Assembly: GCF_036588685.1 (NCBI RefSeq)
Contig: NC_086379.1
Span: 52,452,001 to 52,516,000 of the forward strand
DNA: 64,000 bases
Direction of reading: 5' to 3'
DNA from: Mytilus trossulus
Lineage: Eukaryota
Every line of letters starts with the position of its first letter. The stretch's first letter is position 1. Both the position numbers and the translations under genes were made by a program. Below, in pieces: positions 53,501-64,000 of the stretch. The notes below the pieces were generated by a model, which was given only the letters and a program-made list of their open reading frames with translations, was not told where the DNA came from and ran no database searches.

Positions 53501-56500
53501 TGATGATAGAATTGAATTGTTGATATCAACTGACTGTCAAAAAACATGGATCTGTTGATTGACCAGTCAAGTGTGACCATAAAAAGAATAATATAAACCT
53601 TCCAGATTTTTAATTTGTATTTTAAAATTTTGTTCCCAAAGGTTAAAGATAAGCAAAGCAACCTTTATTAACCTTTATCAAAAGGTATGGCTTACAAACA
53701 TTCATAATCCATTGCAGACCTGACATTAACCCTTAGACTGCTGCATTGATTTCTATTGTACTTTTGTGTAATGCTGAGTAAAATTTTAATCACTGATGAA
53801 ATAAACATGTTCACTTACAATTGCTGTATCTTTGTAAATATTGAATATTCATCAATAAAAGTTATATAAAAAAGTATTGTTAGATTTTGTATTTTGTATT
53901 TATTTTATTTTTGTGTGAGTCTCTGGTCATTTTTTACCTGTACAGGTGTGAATAGAGGTAAACAAAGGTAAACTTATGTTTTCATGTTTTATTAACGAAT
54001 CCATCAAAAGTATCCATGACTTCAGAACTGAACCAATATAGTTAAAAATCTCTTTTAAGAACTAAGTTCCATTGTGATTATCAAAAAATAAAAGTTTCTT
54101 CTCAGACCAACGGCCTTTTTTATGCAAATATTTTCCGGTATTTCCCTCCAACTTTCACTGCGCCAACTTTTACTTCCATGTACAAATATATTTATACGAC
54201 AAGTTCATTGTTAAAGCTTTAATCAATATAAAATCTTGACAAACTTAAAGTTCGGGTCTATTGATGTGAGTCAATATTGATTCACATTTGAAAGGCGAAA
54301 TGATAAACATCACAAATCCCGTTTCATGTCATTCATTTTGAACAAGGTCTGGGAATTCCCGTAATTCTCGCTTTAAAAGTCTCCTGTTTGCAGTTTTGAT
54401 AGAATGCTTCTATTTCTGTCTATTATATCTTCGGTTCTCGTTCAAATCCTTTTAATCGGCAGCCGCTGTTGAATCGTTATCATTGAAATACTTCTGAACG
54501 TGTTGGCCATTTCTCCAAATAATGTCCGCCATTTTGTCACTTTTTTCATCAAAAATTTTCACTTTCGGTTTATCGCTTATACCTCATTAAAAGTCAAGAG
54601 ACATTCGAAAGAACGCAGATTTTTAACCAATCAGAATCCATTCAAGTCGAAACTGCTGCAATCTCATGAATAGTGACTCTGCACATTCCATGTTAACTGT
54701 GTAAACAAACGAGTTATGAAAAACGACTATAGTCGCAAGTAACAGTAGCGGACTGTCTTATCGGAACGACAATAGTCGCGCGTAGCAGTCTAAGGGTTAA
54801 CATGCAATTGCTGATGGACTGAATTTTCATACCTTCAAATCCATCCTTTGAATGAAATATTTGAACTTACCTCTGAATTATCTTCATTTCTGCTGACAAC
54901 CTATTTTGTAAAATCTGGAAAAATAAATTACGAAATTATACATGTGGATCGGTTGATAACTGTTTGGAATTATAATATCAAAGTTTGTAATTTGTCCTTA
55001 GGTTTTACTCGTGGATAAAAAGAGATGTGTGATATAAGTTGACAAACTAAAATGAGGTATAGTTTGGTTCCTTAAAACTTTTCATTTATAGAGAAGTGTC
55101 AATACCAAATGAGACTGGACATATTCAATAAATCAATAGAAAATGACAAGCAATAAAAGTTGACAACAGGTACTTACTGTAATGTTCTCTAATATCTGTG
55201 AATTCATGATATTTAATTTCTGGTTAAATTCATTACCCTGGCTCATCTACAAAAGAAGATAAAGATATCATTACAGTTTTACACATTTAAAATTGTTATT
55301 ATAGTTTTGCACTTTTTAGTAGCCTTTTATCAAACATTTCTTAAAATACTGAAATTAAACTCGGAGCAGATACATACATATATTTTTAAATTGTTATTTG
55401 GATGGAGAGTTGTCTCATTGGCACTCACACCACATCTTCCTATATCTATATATATTTATAAATCAGAGATTTCACTTTAGCAACTTTAAAGAGTTTCAAT
55501 TTACTAATCTAAAACATACCCAAGCCTGATAGAAAGTACACAAAACATATTAAAATGATATTTTCATCTGTGATTCTGATACATGTTGTTTACATATCAA
55601 AAGAGTCCTACTTTTTATCTTTGATGCAACTTTTGTACATACAACAGATATACAAAAAGTGGGTATAATTTCCTTCTTACTTAAATATAATTCTAAAATT
55701 TAAAAGTATTGTATCTATGATCATCTATAGATTTTTTCATATCCATCTGATCTTGCAACACTGAGTAGAGGAGAAAGTTTTAAGTGACTGTAGTTCCTGA
55801 TAAATTTAGGCTAATCTGAATGTTTACCTATGCAAATAATCTTGTTCATTGGCTTTATATAATTAAATGGACTGTGTTGCATGTGCACCATTGCAACAGC
55901 AAACCTTTTAAACAAGAAAAATTTGTAAGGGTTCCGCTGAACCCAGTGTCTCGCCTACTTTTGCTGTAAATCGCAGGCTCAACAAAAATGAGGAAAAAAA
56001 TCAATAAAAATATTCCTCTTGATACTACTATCTTATGATTGTAAGAAGCTTCTGCCCAAGTTTGGTAAAAATCTAGGATAGTTAATGAATCTAATAAATA
56101 TTTTGAAAACTTTAACTGCAGACTGTATGTAATGTTAACTGGAAGAAAATCTAAGTCCATTTAAAAGTAAAAATAAAGAAAAAATGGAGTTATCTTTTTA
56201 CAAAACTTACTTCTGGATACTATCTTATGATCATAAATAAGCTTCTGTCCAAGTTTGGTACAAACCCAGGATAGTTTAAGAAAGTTATTAAAATTTTAAA
56301 AACTTTAACCACAGAGTGAATGTTATGTTTCCCCACAGAAAAAACTAATAGATATAGGAAGATGTGGTGTGAGTGCCAATGAGACAACTCTCCATCCAAA
56401 TAACAATTTAAAAATTAAACCATTATAGGTTAAAGTACGGCCTTCAACACGGAGCCTTGGCTCACACCGAACAACAAGCTATAAAGGGCCCCAAAATTAC

Positions 56501-59500
56501 TAGTGTAAAACCATTCAAACTGGAAAACCAACAGTCTAATCTATATAAACAAAACGAGAAACGAGAAACACGTATATATTACATAAACAAACGACAACTA
56601 CTGTACATCAGATTCCTGACTTAGGACAGGTGCAAACATTTGCAGCGGGATTAAACGTTTTAATGGGCCCAAACCTTCTCCCTTTTTCTGAAACAAGTCC
56701 ATTTATAAGTAAAATACAGAAAAATGGAATTTTATTTTTACAAAATTTACTTCTGGACACTATCTTATTATCATAAACAAGTTTATGTCCAAGTTTGGTA
56801 GAAATCCAGTATAGTTTAAGAAAGTTAGTAAAATTTCAAAAACTTTAACCACAGAGTGGATATTTGTGGACCCCGCCGCCACGGCCAACGGAATGTAGGA
56901 TTGCTTGGTCTCACTTTTTCGACTAAAATCGAAGGCTTGACAAAAATGAAATATAAACACCATAGAATGTTTATTCAATATGTCCAGCTTGTAATCCCCT
57001 TTTAGTTGTATTCCTTTCTGTTGATTCCTGTCCCAATAAAAAGTCCAAGCTATAATATTTTCTGTTGTAACATTGTACATGAACATATAAATATATACTT
57101 ACAATGGCAGCTTTATGTTGATTCTGTTCCTCTGATAGACTCCTACTCAGCTGTGATACTTCATGATGTAACATACTTTGTACAATAGCCTTAACATCAA
57201 CCTCAGATAAAACCTTCCTATTATCCTGAAGCTGTACAATGATTCTTTTTACTTCAGTTTCCAAATGACCCATATTGATACTGGAACCCTCTGACTGAAA
57301 ATATATGTTGTAATCTTGAAGGTATATATACTTTAAATAATATATTCTTACAAAATGTTTATGATTAACATATGTAAATCATGTCATGCAGGGAAATTGT
57401 CAAGGAAGCTTTAACACTTATTTCAGGTGTACTTTACCATGTTAACATAGAGTAAACAAGTACAACTAGAAGCTACTGCTCGCTGACGATACCCCCGCAG
57501 CAATATTTCATTTGACAGGAAGTTGTTGAGTGATGAATCAAAAAATACATCACACGGTATAAATGCCTTATATAAACCCTGAAACCAAATTTCAGGAATC
57601 CTTTGCATGCAGTTCCCGAGAAAAATGTGACGAAAATTTTCAACTTGGTTATCATGTGTAAAATGATTCAAATGTTCAGTCAACTGGAAGTTGTTGAGTG
57701 ATGAATCTGAAAATGAATCACATGGTATAGCTGAAATATATCAAGACTAAAATTGAATCCCAGAAATCTTGGATGATAGTTCCTGTGAAAAATGTGACGG
57801 AAAATGTCAACTTGGCTATGCATGTGTAACAAGTGATACAAGTTTTTCAGTAAACAGGAAGTTGTTGAGATGAAACTGAAAATGCATCACACGGTATAAC
57901 TGCCTTATATAAACCCTGAAAACAAATTTCAGAAATCCTTGTAATATTGTTCCTGAGAGATGCGACAAAAATATTCATTGAACAATGGACTGATAATTAG
58001 ATGGATGGATAGACTGACGGACTGACTGATGGACATACAGAGGTAAAACAGTATACATGTACCTCCACTTTTTTAAACCAGGAGTATAACTTTTTTGAAG
58101 CGGGTGTATAAAAGAAAACATGTTTTATGAAGGTCTGAAAAGCCATTGTAGAAATTCCATGTGTCATTGGTTTCTTGTAGAGAGTTTTCTCATTTCCAAT
58201 CATACTACATTTTCTTATTTTATATGACAGTGACACAAAGGGAAAAGAGATATGATGTTATAATCAGTTTAAAAATAAAGAAATATGGTACGATTACCAA
58301 TGAGACTAACTACCCACTAAAGTTCAAATGAAGTGGATGTAAGCAATTATAGGTATAAACTGTACAGCCTTCAACAATTAGAAAAAAAGTTTATAGTACA
58401 TCTAGAATACAAAATAAGTTTGTTATGGGATTGCATACTGTTGAAATAATGTTTCCTGTTTTCCTATGATAAGGATTAATTGTTGTACATTTCATATTGA
58501 AAACTTACATCTGTGATTTTGATGACCCTGTTTGATGATGTGGTAAATATTGATAACCATGATGATTCTGATGATTCTGATAATAACGGCAAGACACTTC
58601 TACCTAGAAAATCAGTTATCAATTAAAACAAATATTTAATGAAGCTAATATTTTAAACAATGTGAGCATTAAATGTAACTGATGTAGTTATAAAGTTATT
58701 CTTCAAAATAAAGTGTACTAACTTGTACTTGCAAATTGCAACTTACACAAGAGGTTATATTTTGATAATAAAACCCAATAGGACATGCAGGATATACAGA
58801 ATGAAAAAAATAGCACGTACCTTATTTTTTTTTACATCTTATCCAAATTAGGTGAGAAATAGTACATGTAGTACTTACATGTACAATACTACTTAAGATA
58901 CTTTATTTTAACCCTTTCACCAATAGCTGCCAATACAGAAGCTACTCTGAGACGATGGCTTCCCTGATTACTATTAATCAAGTGGGAGATCTTCATAATA
59001 AATGTCAATAAAAACTTGTCTGTAGTTATTTGTGTCTTTATTCCATTGTGTTCATTCACAAACACCATGTTCACAGTTTTGTTCATCTTTTGAAAAATTT
59101 TTCTTCATAAAATATTCAAATTTTTAAATTTTCGGGCATATCTAGGTCATGTAGGTGAAATTTTCCAAATTCTGCTCTTTGACCCAAAATTGTATTTTTT
59201 TTTTTTAACTCAAAACAGCAAAATTTTCACAAATTTAATCAGGCTGTACAAATTCCTTACACTGAACAATGTCCATTCCAAGTGTTTTGTACATAAAACA
59301 ACATTGTATGTCAAAAAAGTATACTAATTTGGCTTCAATTCTTCCAAAAAATGTTCCCTCATTTCAAATTCTGGTAAATTCCGTAAATTATCTCTGTTTC
59401 TGACACGTTTTTTTAACAAACGGAAGCGCCATTGTTACAATTTCCTCCGGGTATTCAACAAAGAAAGATAACTTGTGTTTGCACTGTTTTGAGCTGGAAA

Positions 59501-62500
59501 TATAAGAGATTTTCCAATCCCAGTAAAACGGGACTCATTGTAAGCTGTCTGAAGCATGAATCCTGGTAAACTGGGATTCATCAGCGAAATAGTTAATAAG
59601 TAAAATGAGATAAAACATATTTGTGGTCATACTTACTGGCAATAAATAAGAGAGGTAGCAACAATAACAATGGTAAACATAAACAACATGCTGATGTCTT
59701 TCTCCTGAAAAAATATTCAAAATTTAATGCAATAAAGGAGTATTAGTGTTAAAGTTGATTGATTTGTGTGTAAACCCACTTTCAACAATATTGGGTTTTT
59801 TGTGGCTGTCAGTTTTAATTGTTAGAAGAAGCTGGAGTGCTTGTATACATGGTAGAGAAGGACTGGTCTTCAGTAAGAAAACACTTAACAGACTATCCCA
59901 GTCAATTAAGGTTGGAGTCAAGTGTACCTGCACAATGCAGGATTTGAACTCACAAACTCAGTGTAATCTAGCTATTGATAAAGTAGTTCCAATACTCAAA
60001 CCACTGGGCCACAGAGGCCCCCTATTGTCATTTAAGAGTTGCTCCTGTCAATTAGGAAATTGCAATTGCAAATGTAGTTTTATTGGCAATATGTAGCATA
60101 TATATAATACATCAGAGCTTGATTTTTTTTTGTAATCTAACATTTAATAAAATTTTAGCAAAGAATGTTGGCAAATTAAAGAACATGACATCATATATGC
60201 ATTCAAATGTAAAAATTAAAAATTTCGGATAATTTCACACAAAATACATTTTTTGAGGTAGTTCAGTTATTATTTTTTTGATTATATTATAGTAATGAAA
60301 CATTTGTTGATTCAAGCAATTCAATGTGGTGGCTTAATCCTTAGTAATGACATGTCAATAGTAGATTTGATGTTATACCATCAAAGATTAGCTCATACAA
60401 GTACAAAGAATTTATCTTGCAAGTATTGAATAAATTCTTTAAAGATGTAATCATTTTTTGTTTGTTTGAATGTATCTTCTATTTAGCACTGCTTCACACC
60501 AATAAGGTTGCAATTCAATATTATAAACACAAAAACTTTTTTGGTGTTTTTTCCAGTGTTGTAATTAAAGATGGTGCTTTAAATGTCTTGCTGATATTCA
60601 TATGATGAAATCATAATCTTTCAATCAGTTTAATTGTAGTCTGGAGCTGGCATGTCAGTTAACTGCTAGTAGTCTGTTGTTATTTATGTAATATTGTCAT
60701 TTTGTTTATTTTCTTTGGTTACATCTTCTGACATCAGACTCGGACTTCTCTTGAACTGAATTTAAATGTGCGTATTGTTATGTGTTTACTTTTCTACATT
60801 GGCTAGAGGTAAAGAGGGAGGGTTGAGATCTCATAAACATGTTTAACCCCGCCACATTTTTGCGCCTGTCCCAAGTCAGGAGCCTTTGTTAGTCTTGTAT
60901 TATTTTAATTTTAGTTTTTTGTGTACAATTTGGAAATAAGTATGGCATTCATTATCAATGAACTAATAATATATATTTGTTTAGGGGCCAGCTGAAGGAC
61001 TCCGCTGGGCGCGTGAATTTCTCGCTACATTGAAGACCTGTTGGTGACCTTCTGCTGTTGTTTTTTTTATGGTCCGGTTGTTGTCTTTTTGACACATTCC
61101 CCATTTTTATTTTCAATTCTATTATGAAGAGAAGAATTATTTACATCTGCATTAAAAACTGGAAGACTGTGTTCAGGAAATTACTATACCCACCTTTTTA
61201 ATATCCAAGTATCCAATAGAATGAAATGCATGATAAAATATTGCACTAAGTTCCATAATGTATTTGATACAGTTTTTCCTAATGAATATAAATATTGTCC
61301 TGATGAAGTCCACAACACTAAATGTAATACACTTAAAATTGATGAAACAGTAGTCCATAAAACCATTGACGCAGGTCGTCCCACTGTATTCCACACTGGT
61401 GTCACTATGGGACTGGCTATGTATGATACAGATTCTAAAAAGTACAAAAAGTAATACTATGCAAAGTGAATTGAAATATTCCCACTATCAGTAAAAAAAT
61501 CAGCAGAGAATTTTTTTTTTCTTCTTTTTCTTAGATATGGAGATTTTAAGTTTATTTTAATTAGTCAGCTTAGTCGTTTAACCAGGTATTAATCATACGT
61601 TTTTTGATTGAGTTAAGTCTGCCAATTGATATTTTATCGTATGTTTTTCTATGTTGTGATGTTATGCTATTGTTTCAGAAAAAGGGAGAAGGTTTGGATC
61701 CATTAAAACGTTTAATCCCGCTGCAAATGTTTGCACCTCTCCTAAGTCAGGAATCTGATGTACAGTAGTTGTCGTTTGTTTATGTAATATATACGTGTTT
61801 CTCGTTTTGTTTATATAGATTAGACCGTTGGTTTTCCCGTTTGAATGGTTTTACACTAGTAATTTTGGGGCCCTTTATAGCTTGTTGTTCGGTGTGAGAC
61901 AAGGCTCCGTGTTGAAGGCCGTACTTTAACCTATAATGGTTTACTTTTTAAATTGTTATTTGGATGGAGACTTGTCTCATTAGCACTCACACCACATCTT
62001 CCTATATCTATATGTTATTTTCAATAATTCTAAATCCAGTTTTTCTTGTATACCTTTAATGCTACATCCATCATTAAAACCACCTAGACCATCTTGTGGT
62101 CACATGCTCAACTTAAGTGCAGGAGGTTGTGGGTTTGAGCCCCTGTCAGCTTGAACAAAAGACTTTAAAATTGCAATAGCAGCTTCTCTGCTTAACACCC
62201 ACAATTTAGGAGTAAAAGCATGACCGGAATAACATGTCCTTGGAGGGTGACATGTTACTATGCAGACTGTGTTACCTTGTGAACAAGCACATACAAATCT
62301 AGCTCAGCATGTCAGTCTTGTACATAGGGGGGTTATTATTCATATAACATTCACATGTTCTTGTCCTGAATATGCATTTAATCTGGAACTGGATGTTTAG
62401 CAGCATCATTTTCATAATCATCAACATCTATATCCATAGGTAAGTATTTAAAATTTTCATTATTTATGATATATTTTTTTTTATTTAGTCATCCTAGTAG

Positions 62501-63264
62501 TTTCTGTTTTGTATTCATATCAATAAATGTACTCTACATCCAAGTAAAAAAAAAATTCAAAAGATTAGGGAAATGAAATATACCTATAATGGTTGTAACT
62601 ACAGTTGAGGTAACGCTGGTTTCACTGTCAGATGAACTTTGACCTTTCAGAAGGTATTTACTGTTGTTCTCTGTCGAGGCTGAGTTTGAGGCTGAATTCA
62701 TTAATGACCATTCAGATTCTGTAAGAAAATGGACAGTATTGAAAATTAAACACTTTACATTTTGCTTGTTTTACAACTCTATATATAGCCATCAAATTAC
62801 ATTGTTTCCACAAATCTTTATTTACAGAATAATTCTAATAAGGAATATGATATAATTTTACCATGCCCATTTTATATTTATTGTTTATCAATGCTTCATG
62901 TTTAAAATCTGTTTGTTTTAGGAGTTTTTAACATGGGCTTTCATATTTTATTGTTAATCCTTTATATATGTGAATGGATATATGTTGTAAAGCACTTAGG
63001 GTAATTTTAATATTATATAATGCGCTATTATAAATTGTGTATAATAATAGAATATAGTCATTAGTGTGCCCTTCTTGAGAATTATGTACACAATTTTCTC
63101 AGTTCAATATCAAATATCATGTGACCTTCATTATCAGTTGTAATGACAAGTTTTTTAATTCTTCTTTCCAGAATTGTGCTTACATTCATGACATTTCCTT
63201 GTTCTTTATATCATGTAATACATATACAAATACAACTGACCTGACAATTCTTCAGAATCCAAAC
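47538..63264 (-). CDS. SUN1: SUN-domain inner nuclear membrane protein (SUN1/SUN2-like, LINC complex); 5' part outside window
   Basis: Phase-consistent GT-AG exons in transcript order: 63264-63241, 62718-62584, 61434-61194, 59704-59637 (TM: CCLCLPLLLLLPLLFIA), 58603-58509, 57294-57103, 55246-55178, 54914-54871, 53227-53032 (coiled coil), 51034-50837, 50309-50225 (YSADKLALPDFALESAG), 49642-49527 (GSVVSTRCSHTY..LGIPLWY.SNSPRTVIQ), 48865-48698 (PGSCWAFQG..TLEHIPK..SAPKDF), 48202-48110, 47660-47538 (ELRITSNHGN..TCLYRFRVHG..*). SUN1 versus SUN2 orthology cannot be resolved. Confidence 0.95.
49243..49614 (-). repeat. 4 x 93-bp tandem repeat of SUN exon 3' part plus splice donor
   Basis: The unit encodes VSHTYRRKTAQYSILGIPLWYVSNSPRTVIQ with no stop. 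CAG|GTAAG donors follow positions 49527, 49434, 49341 and 49248. Confidence 0.97.
50546..50757. mobile_element. Tc1/mariner-type MITE
   Basis: Perfect TIR TACTGTGGATTCATT...AATGAATCCACAGTA with TA ends. Confidence 0.8.
51490..51760 (+). repeat. Interspersed repeat (longer copy ~60625-61122; decayed inverted relative ~17400-17580 in each unit)
   Basis: Shared GCCTGTCCCAAGTCAGGAGCC...GGGGCCAGCTGAAGGAC...GACACATTCCCCATTT sequence. Confidence 0.75.
51864..52050 (+). mobile_element. RTE-clade LINE 3' fragment
   Basis: QGRRK*GRPKNTWRRTIEGGLKTMNKTWGTVEKMA*DRQK*RTFVTAIHA, a typical RTE ORF C-terminus, ending in a (TAAG)n tail. Confidence 0.8.
52255..52590. repeat. Degenerate minisatellite (~38-bp unit, GCAATACTGTGCAATTGGATATTTC core), probably the core of a HINE-like element spanning ~52055-52957
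   Basis: About 8 decayed units, flanked by the inverted pair ATACGACCGCA (~52058) and TGCGGTCGTAT (~52942). Confidence 0.65.
53730..54796. mobile_element. Non-autonomous piggyBac-like DNA transposon
   Basis: TTAA TSDs at 53726-53729 and 54797-54800; perfect 13-bp TIR CCCTTAGACTGCT/AGCAGTCTAAGGG; no long ORF. Confidence 0.88.
55909..56946 (-). mobile_element. HINE-like element with ~200-bp internal tandem units, interrupted by another repeat at 56348-56696
   Basis: Repeated AGTCCATTT...TTTACAAAA.TTACTTCTGGA.ACTATCTTAT..TCATAAA.AAG units and a hairpin-like end TTTTCGACT..AATCGAAGG. A related inverted fragment lies at ~19130-19315 in each array unit. Confidence 0.65.
56348..56696 (+). repeat. 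High-copy interspersed repeat (inverted near-identical copy at 61670-62011; fragments at ~3030-3200, ~21165-21232, ~55383-55450)
   Basis: ATAGATATAGGAAGATGTGGTGTGAGTGCCAATGAGACAACTCTCCATCC...CCTTCTCCCTTTTTCTGAAACAA and its reverse complement. Confidence 0.85.
57453..58112 (-). mobile_element. HINE-like element with three ~170-bp internal tandem units
   Basis: GGAAGTTGTTGAG(T)GATGAA...AAATGTGACG units at ~57518, ~57686 and ~57857, with a (GACT/GATG)n tract near the end. Confidence 0.6.
62078..62420 (+). mobile_element. Decayed tRNA-derived SINE
   Basis: B-box-like GGGTTTGAGCCC followed by a AAAGACTTTAAAATTG...GCTTCTCTGCTTAAC...TTTAGGAGTAAAAGCA core. Confidence 0.5.
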
Positions 63265-64000
63265 CTGGAAAGAAAAATATAAAATTACTTAAAAGTTATC
63301 AATTATCCTTGACTTAAATCTAAAGTTTAACTTATTCTTAATACAAAGGAGATTTAAATTGTTAGCTGAACCTATCTGTATAATCTTATGAGTGTCTTCA
63401 ACTGACTAACATATTCATAAGGTAAATGTGAACTAGCTAGTTACCACACTTAATTGATGTAAAAATATCTTTTAATTTTTTTTCCCTTTAGAAATTGAAA
63501 GTAGAACATAATAATTGCATAATACTCATTGTTTATAACTGACCCTGACTATGACATGCATCCTTCATTTTACTTCCCTGTTTTAATAAGTATTACAATC
63601 ATATTTTCCCTATTTCAAGTTAACTGCAAACTTTTAAAAAGTCTAAATAAGTGAATGGATGTTAAATGGTTGTAGCAATATTTTTATGATCAATCAATAA
63701 ATACTGCAAAATATGGCTACTTTGTAGATCTGTGAAATTACATCACATATTTTTAAAATAAGGCCAAATAAACAGAAAACTATCAAACTAAAAAGGGTTT
63801 ATTTATAGTTTGAGATATTCAGTTTTATGTCCTTAGGTGTAAACTTTATTATACAAAAATTAAATACTGTCTCACACTTCTTTCAATTAAAGATCAATAA
63901 CTTTAATGCAACAATTAAAACAATAATTTAAACACAAACGTAGATTTCAGTCTGTAATATATCAGTGTTAAATTTCATGAATACCATTTAAAGTAAATTT

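Noticed and set aside
58907-59560. Second piggyBac-like element starting TTAACCCTTTCACC
   Set aside because: No matching right terminal repeat found.
1-64000. Most short ORFs in the six-frame track
   Set aside because: They are 60-110 aa, often start at non-ATG codons, and fall in repeats, introns or antisense to real exons. Their recurrence only reflects the tandem array.

Overview
AT-rich animal genomic DNA with spliced genes. The repeat content suggests a bivalve such as Mytilus (inference). No prokaryotic features were found. Left to right: (1) about 3.7-8.8 kb holds a decayed Ty3/Gypsy element whose protease-RT segment is internally triplicated, with a Penelope-like RT fragment and a CR1/L2-like 3' end nested in its gag. 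(2) A 6-exon RING plus TRAF-type zinc-finger gene (+, 184 aa) and a 6-exon ependymin-related gene (+, 217 aa, one GC-AG intron). (3) A near-identical 3-copy tandem array of an ~11,234-bp unit (12564-46266). It triplicates the whole ependymin-related gene and leaves two RING-gene copies without exon 1. The middle copy looks like a mosaic of the outer two, which fits either unequal crossover or an assembly loop. (4) A SUN1/2-like LINC-complex gene on the minus strand (47538 to beyond 63264; 5' end outside the window). The most striking feature is in this gene: the exon segment encoding the KASH-binding lid, together with its splice donor, is present as four in-frame 93-bp copies. This gives four alternative 5' splice sites that could add 0-3 extra KASH-lid modules. 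All exon coordinates were read by eye and checked for splice phase. No alignments or database searches were run.
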